From Sedimentisphaerales bacterium (GTDB taxonomy: Bacteria > Planctomycetota > Phycisphaerae > Sedimentisphaerales > SM23-30), in NCBI GenBank assembly GCA_963666285.1, contig OY762711.1: a DNA stretch of 64,000 bases, one strand, 5' to 3'. Below the pieces are notes generated by a model that had not been told where the DNA came from, did not search any database, and saw only the letters and a program-made list of their open reading frames with translations. The translations under genes were made by a program, and so were the position numbers. This document shows positions 46,935 to 56,567 of the stretch, piece after piece (position 1 is the stretch's first letter; every line of letters starts with the position of its first letter).

Positions 46935-47735
46935 ATGGGCGTAACAGCTTTACAATCTGCAGCAACCGGCATGAAGGCGATGGACACGCAGCTTGATGTC
47001 ATTGCTAACAACCTTGCTAATTCCAATACCACAGGTTTTAAAACTCAAAGAGTTAACTTTGAAGATCTGATGTATGATGAACGTCGTCAGCCGGGTACTA
47101 TCAATAGCCTTGGCCAGACTAGTACTACTGGTTTGTATATTGGTCTTGGTGCCCAGGTATCAAATACCCAGTTGAACTTTACCCAGGGTTCGCTCGAGCA
47201 GACAACCAGCGACCTGGACCTTGCTATTGAAGGTGACGGTTTTTTCAAAGTGCAGACTTATGATGCTATTGGTGATGGTGAAGCTTATACCCGTGCCGGT
47301 AATTTTATGGCTAATGTTAACGGGGAATTGGTGCTTGGTACGCTTGATGGACCGGTTCTTGACCCGCCTATTATTATTCCGGATGGTGCTACCGGCGTGA
47401 CTATTACAACTGATGGCCGTGTTACTGCCCTTGTTGATAATGACGAGGTCGAAGTCGGACAGATATCTTTGTATAAGTTTCCTAACCCAAACGGTCTGAG
47501 GATGCAGGGTGGTAATATGTATACCGAAACGGCAGGCAGCGGGACACCTACTGAAGGTAGTCCGCAGGATCCCGGTTATGGTGGTGTTATTCAGAATCAT
47601 CTGGAATACAGTAACGTTGACAGTGTTAAAGAGCTGGTAAATATGATCAAGACCCAGCGTAACTTTGAAATGAATTCGCAGTCGATAAAGGCGGCTGACA
47701 GTACGTTAAAGACAATCTCTGCTCTGAGACAGTAA
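46935..47735 (+). CDS. flgG: Flagellar basal-body rod protein FlgG
   Basis: IANNLAN.NT.GFK, FEDLMY, YTRAGNF and LEYSNV..V.ELV.MI..QR.FEMNS motifs. Confidence 0.95.
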   Translation: MGVTALQSAATGMKAMDTQLDVIANNLANSNTTGFKTQRVNFEDLMYDERRQPGTINSLGQTSTTGLYIGLGAQVSNTQLNFTQGSLEQTTSDLDLAIEGDGFFKVQTYDAIGDGEAYTRAGNFMANVNGELVLGTLDGPVLDPPIIIPDGATGVTITTDGRVTALVDNDEVEVGQISLYKFPNPNGLRMQGGNMYTETAGSGTPTEGSPQDPGYGGVIQNHLEYSNVDSVKELVNMIKTQRNFEMNSQSIKAADSTLKTISALRQ

Positions 47736-47854
47736 CTGTAGAATCTCGATTAACGAGAATGACTGGAGTTGATACTTGCCTCGTTGCAGCATAAATGTGA
47801 AGCTGGTTTTACAGCTCCAGGTTTTTGCATTTATTTTAACTTACATTTTATATT

Positions 47855-48991
47855 ATGACAAAATTTGCTAACAACTTAATAATTCTTCTTATACTGTTGA
47901 TCGCTGCTGTTGTTAATTCTGCACAGGTGCAGATCAGGATGCAAAAAGAGGCAAAGATCAGTACTACTAATATTACTTTAGGTGATATTGCCTGGGTCAA
48001 TGCGGCTGATGAAAATGTTCGCAAACGTCTTGAAACTATGGTTGTGGCATATAAAACTACCAACCAGGCTTATATTACTGTTACAAGCTTTGACATTGCC
48101 AGGTGTCTCTCTGAGGCCGGTATCAACCCGTTGGGTGTTGATATATACGGCTCTCTTGAATGTGTTATTGCTTTCCAGGGACCGGCTGTTAGAGTTCTGC
48201 CAAATAAAGTAGAATGTGAAACCCCTGTTGATCAGGATGTTTATACTGTCGAAGATGAACTTAATAAACTGGTTGCTGAAAATACCGGGCTTGAACTTGA
48301 TCGACTGGTTATTGATTGGGGTGGTAATAAAGATGAGCTTCTGCTGATGAAGTTCGATCCTGTTCGCTATGAGATCAAGCCGCAGCGTTCTGTTACCCTT
48401 GGCAATGTTCGCTATATGATAATAGATAATAATCCACCGATGCCTGATGATGTTTTGCCTCAGCACGAAAAGTTTTATCGCGGCAGGCCAACGACTGAAT
48501 ATGTAAACGGACTGGTAAAATACATCAGTGAATATGTTGTTGCCAAAAGAGATATGAAAACCGGTGATATACTGCGTGAAGATGATCTGAAACTTATACC
48601 GCAGCTTGTTAGCTCTGCCGCTCAGATTGGTATTGGGTCGATTGAAATGCTGACCGGTAAGGAACTTACCAGGAATATCTCCGCTGAACAGGTTCTCAAA
48701 CCGAATATGGTTAAGAGATTAACTCTTATAAATAAAAATGATCCGGTATATGTTCGGTACAAAACCAGCAGGATTAAAATCTCTCTTAAGGGACTTGCTA
48801 TGTCTGACGGCAGTGAAAACGATACCATACCGGTAAAAGTTGAACATCGTCAGCTTGATTCCAATAGGACAATATCTCAGGTGCTTTATTGTCGGGTTAT
48901 CGCATCTGGCGAAGTTTTGGTTATTGATAATACTGAGAGTTCTGATGACACTCAGTACGCTAACAATACTGATGACAGGAGGGCTAGGTAG
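47855..48991 (+). CDS. flgA: Flagellar P-ring assembly chaperone FlgA
   Basis: ITLGDIA N-terminus, SAF-like VVAKRD..GD and G.A.SDG motifs; between flgG and flgH. Confidence 0.8.
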   Translation: MTKFANNLIILLILLIAAVVNSAQVQIRMQKEAKISTTNITLGDIAWVNAADENVRKRLETMVVAYKTTNQAYITVTSFDIARCLSEAGINPLGVDIYGSLECVIAFQGPAVRVLPNKVECETPVDQDVYTVEDELNKLVAENTGLELDRLVIDWGGNKDELLLMKFDPVRYEIKPQRSVTLGNVRYMIIDNNPPMPDDVLPQHEKFYRGRPTTEYVNGLVKYISEYVVAKRDMKTGDILREDDLKLIPQLVSSAAQIGIGSIEMLTGKELTRNISAEQVLKPNMVKRLTLINKNDPVYVRYKTSRIKISLKGLAMSDGSENDTIPVKVEHRQLDSNRTISQVLYCRVIASGEVLVIDNTESSDDTQYANNTDDRRAR

Positions 48992-49729
48992 TTGAATAGA
49001 TTTGTTAAAATTTCATTCGCTTTCATCGCGGTTATTATTTTTGCCAATAATACAGTTCTTGCCCAGAGCAGCCTTTTCATCAAATCAGAAGAGCAGATGA
49101 GAGAACAGGCACTTCGCGGCGGGCAGGGCGATGAAGAGAACGCTGACTCCGGCATGGTTAATGGTGTGCCGAAGGTTCTCGCTTCCCAGGTATCCTGGAC
49201 TATGATCGAAGAGAAAAAGGTCAAAGGTGTTAGAATGCACGACCTTGTTACTATATTGGTCCGCGAAAAAAGCTCGCACGGCAGTGATTCAGAAACTAAA
49301 GCTGACAAGAAAACTGGATTAAATATGGTTCTCTCTGACTGGATTAAATTAACTGGCGGCGATCTTGCCCCGGCTACCCAGAGAAGAGGGGACCCAAAAA
49401 TAGGTGCTAATTTTTCACGCGAACTTGACGGTGAAACTCAGATAGCACGAGAAGATTATGTTACTGCCGAGATTCAGGCTGAAGTTGTCGATGTTTACCC
49501 TAATGGTAATGTTATGCTGGAAGCCAGCCACTTTATCAGGACGGACGATGAGACTACAACTATAACTCTTACTGGTGTCTGTCGCAGCAATGATATCTCT
49601 GAAAGCAATTCGATTACATCTTCTAAAATTGCTAAGTTAAAGATCGATAAACAGCATACTGGTATTGCAAAAGATTATACCGATCAAGGTTTTTTGACTA
49701 AATTTATTGATTTTATCAATCCATTTTAA
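48992..49729 (+). CDS. flgH: Flagellar L-ring protein FlgH
   Basis: HDLVTILVRE, VVDVYPNGN and LTG..R..DI...NSI.S.KIA motifs. Confidence 0.88.
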   Translation: MNRFVKISFAFIAVIIFANNTVLAQSSLFIKSEEQMREQALRGGQGDEENADSGMVNGVPKVLASQVSWTMIEEKKVKGVRMHDLVTILVREKSSHGSDSETKADKKTGLNMVLSDWIKLTGGDLAPATQRRGDPKIGANFSRELDGETQIAREDYVTAEIQAEVVDVYPNGNVMLEASHFIRTDDETTTITLTGVCRSNDISESNSITSSKIAKLKIDKQHTGIAKDYTDQGFLTKFIDFINPF

Positions 49730-49757
49730 GATTTGTAAGGTGATTATAAAAGTGATA

Positions 49758-50882
49758 GTGAATAAAACTGACAATTTAATTTCTGCTTTTATCCTGGCTG
49801 TGCTGGTCCTGTCTGCGGTTACTGCTAATGCCATGACAAGGATACAGGATATTGCCAGGCCGCTGGGTGAGCGGGGTAATATTATTGTTGGTACCGGTCT
49901 TGTCTTCGGTCTTAACGGAACCGGTGATGGCGATCAGATTACTACTGCTACCGCGGTTCAGGCCTGGCTAAGAAACGCAGGTAACCCCGTTGATTCTATC
50001 GACGATATTAAAAATCTTAAAAATGTAGCTTATGTAACCCTCAGTGTAGATCTGAGCAGAAACGGTATAAACAATGGTGATGAACTTGACGTAACTGTTG
50101 ACAGTTTCGGAAAAGCTTCCAGTCTGGCAGGCGGTACGCTGTTTGCCACTCCGCTTAACCCGATACATGATCCCGGTGGCACGGTATATGGTTTTGCCCA
50201 GGGTAAAATTACCCTGCCTGATCCTAAGCATCCGACTTCTGGTATTATAAAGGGTGGAGCTATCATAGAAGTTCCTCATCATCATGAATATGTCAAATTT
50301 GACAGCAAAGAAAGCAGATTTTATTTCGACCTCGTTTTAGATGAAGGTTTCGATACTTTCCAGGTAGCTCAGCAGTTGGTCGTTGACATAAATGCTATGA
50401 ACGAGATACCGGGCGGCCAGGATAATCCTGACTATATCGAAGCCTTACAGTCTGCCAGGGCGCTGGATGCCAAGACTGTACGTGTGTATATTCCGAAAAT
50501 GCAGGTTGATAAATATACTTCTTATATCGCCAGGATCCTTAACCTGCCGATCGAAACGCCCGAGCCTGAAGCTGTTGTTGTTATTAACGAGAGCAGCGGT
50601 ACTATGGCTTTTGGCGGTAATGTTGAAATTCTGCCCTGTGTAATCACGGTTGACGGCATGAATATCGAGATTGTCAAGCCCAAACCGGTTCCGCAGCCGG
50701 GGGTACCCGTTGTCAGTAATACTGAGTTTGCTGCTTTTGATACTTCAAAGGAAAGCACTCTGCAATTGGCTGACCTGATCGAAGATCTGGATCAGCTGAA
50801 AGTGCCGTTTCATAGCAAGGTGCAGGCAATATACAGGCTTCAAAGAGGTGGCTGGCTAAAGGCCAAGGTTATTACAGAATGA
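49758..50882 (+). CDS. flgI: Flagellar P-ring protein FlgI (start uncertain)
   Basis: RIQDIA, G.GLV.GLNGTGD, ASSL.GGTL..TPL and VVINE.SGT motifs. Confidence 0.92.
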   Translation: MNKTDNLISAFILAVLVLSAVTANAMTRIQDIARPLGERGNIIVGTGLVFGLNGTGDGDQITTATAVQAWLRNAGNPVDSIDDIKNLKNVAYVTLSVDLSRNGINNGDELDVTVDSFGKASSLAGGTLFATPLNPIHDPGGTVYGFAQGKITLPDPKHPTSGIIKGGAIIEVPHHHEYVKFDSKESRFYFDLVLDEGFDTFQVAQQLVVDINAMNEIPGGQDNPDYIEALQSARALDAKTVRVYIPKMQVDKYTSYIARILNLPIETPEPEAVVVINESSGTMAFGGNVEILPCVITVDGMNIEIVKPKPVPQPGVPVVSNTEFAAFDTSKESTLQLADLIEDLDQLKVPFHSKVQAIYRLQRGGWLKAKVITE

Positions 50883-51151
50883 TAGCTAACGCAGTTGACA
50901 ATTTAGTTGCAGTTGATAAGCAGGCTATGCTAAAGGAAAAGGCTGCCGAGCTGGTGAGCAATGTTTTTTATGGCACGCTCATGAAAGAGTTCCGTGCCAG
51001 TTCCGAAGACAGCCTCTTCTCCGGTGGCTTTGCCGGGCAGGCTTTCCAGCAGCAGCTTGATAATGTCTTTATAGGAAATTTATCAAAGCAGACTAATAAT
51101 CCTATTGCTGATGCTCTGGTTAGACAGCTTGGTGGAACCAATAGTAAATAA
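50879..51151 (+). CDS. flgJ: Short FlgJ-like rod-binding protein (no muramidase domain)
   Basis: LMKEFR....LFSGG.....F...LD pattern; follows flgI. Confidence 0.7.
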   Translation: MIANAVDNLVAVDKQAMLKEKAAELVSNVFYGTLMKEFRASSEDSLFSGGFAGQAFQQQLDNVFIGNLSKQTNNPIADALVRQLGGTNSK

Positions 51152-51175
51152 TGATTTGTAGTTTCGATATATATT

Positions 51176-51685
51176 ATGATAGAGCAGTATATAAAACAAT
51201 TGATAAATGCGATAACTAACGATCTTCGCAGCTACAGGGAACTGGGCAATGTGCTGGAGAGCAGGCTTGCTGCCATTCGCACCAGGAACGCTTCTATGAT
51301 CGAAGAGATGACTGCCGGTCAGGAAAAACTAATGAGATCAATAGCGTTCAATGCTCAGCGGAGAATACAGCTCGTTGGTAAAATTACTGAACTGCTGCTG
51401 CCGGAAAGAGTTGGAAAAGGGCAGGTGTCGCTTTCTGATATTGCTGACAAAATTGAAGGGGTAGATAAAAGTAAACTACTGGCCTTGAAATCAATGCTTT
51501 TCAAGGAAGTGGAAAAAGTTAATCGACTGAACCGGATTAATAATGTTGCAATTAAAAAAATGCTCGGACATCTCGACTATATTTTTAAGGCAATTTCAAA
51601 TGTTGAACATGAAACCGGGATATATGACAAAGAAGGCAGACAGCTTGGACCGCGGTCCAGCAGCCTGATAGATGCGATAGCGTAA
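51176..51685 (+). CDS. flgN: Flagellar export chaperone FlgN
   Basis: Helical protein with LN..N and Y...G ending; directly before flgK. Confidence 0.7.
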   Translation: MIEQYIKQLINAITNDLRSYRELGNVLESRLAAIRTRNASMIEEMTAGQEKLMRSIAFNAQRRIQLVGKITELLLPERVGKGQVSLSDIADKIEGVDKSKLLALKSMLFKEVEKVNRLNRINNVAIKKMLGHLDYIFKAISNVEHETGIYDKEGRQLGPRSSSLIDAIA

Positions 51686-51715
51686 ATAAGGTACTAAACT
51701 AGAGGAATAACCAAT

Positions 51716-53467
51716 ATGGCTTTAATAAATGGCTCATTACAAATTGGCGGAACAGCGCTGGCAGTTTCTCAGGCTGCTTTGTCTGTCACTGGTAATAATA
51801 TTGCCAATTCTGCTACCGAAGGTTATTCCAGGCAGGTACCGCAGCTTACGCCTACCCAGTCTTATGAGGTGCTGCCTGGCCAGTATACCGGTACCGGCGT
51901 TGCTATATATGATATAACAAGAATTACTGATGAGGCGATAAATTCCAGGTTGAGAAGTGCTGCCGGTGATTCCGCTTCATATCTCATACAGCAGCAGACT
52001 ATGAGCCGGGTTGAGTCAGCTTTTAATGAACTTACCGAAGACGATGTCTCTACTCGCCTTAATGATTTCTTCTCTGCCTGGTCGCAGTTACAGATTCAGC
52101 CGCAGGATGTTGCCTCCAGGAATGTTGTGCTGCAGAATGCCGATAGTGTTACAAATGTTATTCGTGAACTTCGGTCTAATCTGTCAGATATTCATGACGA
52201 CCTGAATAGCCAGGTCAAAGCTGCAGTTAGTCAGGCTGATGTATTGGCAAAGGAAATAGCCGCTATAAATGGTGATATTGTGGCAACCGAAGCCGGTAGA
52301 ACCGGTTCTGCCGCTGCCTTGCGTGACCAGCGCGATGATATGCTCCTGCAGCTTAACGAACTTGTTAATATCACTACTCAGGAACAGGCTGGTGGTTCTG
52401 TAACTGTTTATGTCGGTAATGAGCCGCTGGTGCAGTTTACTGATTGTCGCGGGCTTTCTTATCGCGACGTCACAAATTCTGAAGGCGAAAAGGTGACCGA
52501 GGTTATCTTCGAAAGTAACTCCGGGGTGGCCGATCTTGCCAGCGGTAAGATAAGCGGGCTTATCACTGCTCGTGATGAACTGGTTGATTCTGTTATTTCT
52601 GATATGGATAGCTGGGCCCAGTCGTTAATCTACGAGGTTAATAATCTGCACAGTGTTGGTAGCTCAATGGAAGAGGTTACGGAATTTATATCGGATTACA
52701 ATGTCGATGACCCGACAGCATCTCTGGCTTCTTCTTCTAGTAACGGCTTAAACTGGGATGTAACCAATGGTGTGTTTAATATAAATGTTATAAACAGTAG
52801 TGGTGAAATTGATCATACCGAGACAATTAAAGTAAATATAAACTCACCTTCCAGTGATTCTCTCAATAGTGTTGCTGCTAAATTAGATGCTGTCGATGGC
52901 GTTAGTTCTTATGTCGATGCTGCCGGTTATCTCCATATCGAGGCAAGTTCTTCTGGCGACTCCATTGCTTTTTCACTGCCGACAGATTCTGAAGATGAGC
53001 GTAATTATGATAGTGCTACCAATTTTCTGGCAGTAATAGGTATCAATACTTTCTTTAGTGGTGATAACGCTTCTGATATCAGCTTGAAGGAAGATTTCTA
53101 TAATCACCCGGAAAAAGTTGTGGCTGGCGATTGGGCGCTTGGTCTTACCGGTGACGGAAGTATAGCATCTAAGATTGCATCTCTTGCTACCGAAGGTGCT
53201 TCAAGTTTGAATGGAATATCTCTGTCAGATAACTTTTCTTCGATCGTCGCTGATATTGCCAGTAATACCGCCCGGGTAGAAGATAATTACTCTGCCGCTG
53301 AAGCTGTACTCGAAACCCTTAAGCTCGAGCAGCAGGGGGTGAGTGGTGTATCCGTAGATGAAGAAGCTATGAACATGATTGTTTTTCAACGGGCCTATCA
53401 GGGTGCCGCTAAGTATATTGGAGTTATAGACGAGTTACTTGACGAAGTTATAGGATTAATAAGTTAA
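51716..53467 (+). CDS. flgK: Hook-associated protein FlgK
   Basis: GNNIAN..TEGYSRQ, LRDQRD and SGVSVDEE..NM..FQRAY motifs. Confidence 0.95.
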   Translation: MALINGSLQIGGTALAVSQAALSVTGNNIANSATEGYSRQVPQLTPTQSYEVLPGQYTGTGVAIYDITRITDEAINSRLRSAAGDSASYLIQQQTMSRVESAFNELTEDDVSTRLNDFFSAWSQLQIQPQDVASRNVVLQNADSVTNVIRELRSNLSDIHDDLNSQVKAAVSQADVLAKEIAAINGDIVATEAGRTGSAAALRDQRDDMLLQLNELVNITTQEQAGGSVTVYVGNEPLVQFTDCRGLSYRDVTNSEGEKVTEVIFESNSGVADLASGKISGLITARDELVDSVISDMDSWAQSLIYEVNNLHSVGSSMEEVTEFISDYNVDDPTASLASSSSNGLNWDVTNGVFNINVINSSGEIDHTETIKVNINSPSSDSLNSVAAKLDAVDGVSSYVDAAGYLHIEASSSGDSIAFSLPTDSEDERNYDSATNFLAVIGINTFFSGDNASDISLKEDFYNHPEKVVAGDWALGLTGDGSIASKIASLATEGASSLNGISLSDNFSSIVADIASNTARVEDNYSAAEAVLETLKLEQQGVSGVSVDEEAMNMIVFQRAYQGAAKYIGVIDELLDEVIGLIS

Positions 53468-53501
53468 AACTAATTGATTTTTTAATAAAGGAAACTAGAT
53501 A

Positions 53502-55448
53502 ATGGCATCATCAGTCAGACCAATTGCAACACCCAGAGTTACAATGCTTATGCAGTCAAACCTGCTTATGAGCAGTATTAACTCTACCTCTTCTGAGTTA
53601 TTGACCGCTCAGTCGCAATTGTCCAGCGGGCTGAGAATATTACGACCTAGTGATGATCCTGCCGACGCTACTGTTGTTATGAGTCTTGACAATCAGCTTG
53701 AACGGCAAAATAGCTATCTTGACAGTATCCAGTATGTCGGTGATTATCTCTCTTCCGCTGACTCTGCTTTACAGCAGGCAACTGACCTGGTAAACGAAGC
53801 ATATAGCCTGGCTCTTGTTAGTGTCGGTGATACCATTGATGATTCTGGCCGTGAGGCAAATGCTATTATGATCGACTCGATTATTGATCAGCTTGTAGAA
53901 GTTGCCAACCAGTCAAATTATGGTGCTTATATTTTCGGCGGGCTCAACGCTACCGAACAGCCGTTTACCTTTGATGGCGGCGGGGTTATGTACGAAGGTA
54001 ATACCGGTGACCGCGTGACCAGGATAAATGATGACAACCTGACATATTTCAGCATTGATGGCGATGAAGCTTTTGGTGGGCTGAGCGGCCAGGTGGTTGG
54101 CATTGCCGATATCAATCCTGACCTTACCTCTGACACTTTACTGGCTGATGTTAATGGAACTGTCGATCGCGGTATTCGCAAAGGATCGCTTAGTATCCAG
54201 GTTGGTACTGATACTTATGTTGTTGATTTAACTAATGCCGTTACTGTCGGTGATGTCACCAGTTTGATAAATGATGCTACCGGCGGCACTGTTAATGCTT
54301 ATATAAATGCCGCTAATAATGGATTGGAACTGGACGCTACCCCGGCGGCAACTCTTAAGGTAGATGATATTGGCAGTGGAACTGTTGCCAGTGACCTTGG
54401 TATAAATACAAACGGTGCCACCATACCGGCCGGCACCGATATAGTGGGCCAGGACATCGATGCTCGCCTAACGTCGCAAACTTCTGTGTCGGCGTTGGCG
54501 GGCATTGATCTGACTTCGGGAATTGTTATCGAAAATTCACTGATGCCTGATATCAACCCGATTACCTTTGATTCTTGTGATACTGTCGGCGATATGATCA
54601 ACCTGATCAATGGAGCTAATATTGGTGTCAGGGCTGAGATCAATGATACCGGCGACGGGATAGATATCTTGAATCAGCTCAGCGGGTCGAATATGACCAT
54701 CGGTGAAAATGGCGGCACCACTGCTGAAGACCTTGGTATCAGGTCATTTACCAACTCCAGTCTCCTGAGTGAGTTCAATAACGGGGTTGGGGTTGCTGTT
54801 ACTGACGGTGCAATCAGTATTGTTGATAGTGCTGGTAACAGCTATTCTGTTGACTTAACCGATTCGGTGACAGTTCAGGATGTGATTGATAAAATCAATG
54901 CATCTGCCGGTGCTACCGTTACTGCATCTTTGGCAACTACCGGGAATGGGTTTGTCCTTACCGATACTTCCGGTGGCGCTGGTACTATGTCTGTTGCTAC
55001 CGAAAGTGAAAATGGATACGATGTTGCTTTGCAGCTTGGTATCAGCACACTTGGTAGTGATGTTACTGTTACCGGTAATGTTATGCAGGGTGAAGATGTT
55101 AATACTGTAAAGCCGTCTGGTATTTTCTCAGACCTCATGGCACTGCGTGACGCTATGCTGGCTAATGATGATGCTGAAATCACTCGTATTGGTGAAATGA
55201 TCGCTGATGACAGGGACCAGCTTATAAATATGAATGGTATTGTCGGGTCTATGAACAAGAGCATAGAACAGCGACAGACTTATATGGAAGATAATATCCT
55301 GGCCACAGAAACGCTTCGTTCGGATATCCGCGATATCGATTTTACCGAGGCGATTACCAGGTATGAAAATTTATATACCGCTTTACAAGCGAACTTAATG
55401 GCCGGTAGCTCGCAAAGCCAGATTTCACTTCTGGATTTCCTGGGCTAG
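53502..55448 (+). CDS. flgL: Hook-associated protein FlgL (long variable middle region)
   Basis: QLSSG.RI.RPSDDP, YIFGG and SLLDFL C-terminus. Confidence 0.9.
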   Translation: MASSVRPIATPRVTMLMQSNLLMSSINSTSSELLTAQSQLSSGLRILRPSDDPADATVVMSLDNQLERQNSYLDSIQYVGDYLSSADSALQQATDLVNEAYSLALVSVGDTIDDSGREANAIMIDSIIDQLVEVANQSNYGAYIFGGLNATEQPFTFDGGGVMYEGNTGDRVTRINDDNLTYFSIDGDEAFGGLSGQVVGIADINPDLTSDTLLADVNGTVDRGIRKGSLSIQVGTDTYVVDLTNAVTVGDVTSLINDATGGTVNAYINAANNGLELDATPAATLKVDDIGSGTVASDLGINTNGATIPAGTDIVGQDIDARLTSQTSVSALAGIDLTSGIVIENSLMPDINPITFDSCDTVGDMINLINGANIGVRAEINDTGDGIDILNQLSGSNMTIGENGGTTAEDLGIRSFTNSSLLSEFNNGVGVAVTDGAISIVDSAGNSYSVDLTDSVTVQDVIDKINASAGATVTASLATTGNGFVLTDTSGGAGTMSVATESENGYDVALQLGISTLGSDVTVTGNVMQGEDVNTVKPSGIFSDLMALRDAMLANDDAEITRIGEMIADDRDQLINMNGIVGSMNKSIEQRQTYMEDNILATETLRSDIRDIDFTEAITRYENLYTALQANLMAGSSQSQISLLDFLG

Positions 55449-55584
55449 CCGAATGTGTTAATAAATGTTGGCTGATCTGTTTCAGCCTGATAATGTATAA
55501 CTGACCCTGAAAAGTCAGTAGGAGTTAATTTATGGTGCGACAATTGGAGTGTCGCGTTTAGGATGACAGGAGGTTACACTAACC

Positions 55585-56040
55585 ATGAGAATCCGAACTA
55601 CTAGATTTGGCGAGATTGAAATTGATGATACCAGGACAATGCACTTCCCTGAAGGAATACTTGGATTTCCTGAATATCACAATTATGCTCTGCTGCAAAC
55701 GAACAATGAAGGCAATTTCTTCTGGCTGCAATCGACAGAATGTGAAAACCTGGCTTTTGTTGTTTGTGACCCGTTGCTGTTTGTACCTGATTATCAGGTG
55801 CCGGTTAAGTCGGAAGATCTTAAGACAATTGGTCTGGATGGGCTTGATAATGCCCAGGTGCTTATTATTGTCAATAAGATCGGTAATGCTCTGACTGGAA
55901 ATCTACAGGGACCGCTTGTTATAAATGCGAATACCTGTGATGCCAGGCAGCTTGTGCTCTCTGAAAAAAGATATAGTACCAGGCATCCGTTGATGGAATT
56001 AAGACCTAAGAAGGAAGAGAAAGTTTCGCAGACTGCATAG
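55585..56040 (+). CDS. fliW: Flagellar assembly factor FliW
   Basis: TTRFGEI, FPEGILGF, WLQS and NLQGPLVIN motifs. Confidence 0.95.
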   Translation: MRIRTTRFGEIEIDDTRTMHFPEGILGFPEYHNYALLQTNNEGNFFWLQSTECENLAFVVCDPLLFVPDYQVPVKSEDLKTIGLDGLDNAQVLIIVNKIGNALTGNLQGPLVINANTCDARQLVLSEKRYSTRHPLMELRPKKEEKVSQTA

Positions 56041-56219
56041 TGTATGCAGCTGGATGCAAGCTCTGTTGTGACAGATCTGTTTCTTTACAATCTTCACAAT
56101 TGAAATTGACGCTCGAATTCATTCTTTATGAGAGCTGCTCTTTCAAATGAAATGTATGAGACACTCTGCAAACCAAGACTGATAATACTAAATGGTTTTT
56201 TAAACCAGGGAGCCCGAGA

Positions 56220-56429
56220 ATGCTGGTTTTAAGCAGACATAAAGATCAAACCATAATGATCGGTGATAACGTAGAAATCACCGTTGTAGATATACGTGGG
56301 GACAAAGTCAGGTTAGGCATAACTGCCCCGTCTGATATCCCGGTACACAGGAAAGAAGTGTACGAGGCGATTAAAAAAGAAAACAAGCAGGCAGCTAATA
56401 TTACTCTCGATGATATAAGTGAGGCCTAG
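56220..56429 (+). CDS. csrA: Carbon storage regulator CsrA
   Basis: MLVLSR...IMIGD...VRLGI.AP..VHRKEVY. Confidence 0.97.
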   Translation: MLVLSRHKDQTIMIGDNVEITVVDIRGDKVRLGITAPSDIPVHRKEVYEAIKKENKQAANITLDDISEA

Positions 56430-56567
56430 TTGAAGCTAAAGCGTAAATAAACAATGTGACACAGGAAGTTAATACTCCCGCCGCAAGTTTAATAGTGCAG
56501 TTGGATGGTGCTATGCGGAAGGCAAGAAGCTGTAGGGAGTAAATAATAGTCACGGAGGATTATTATT

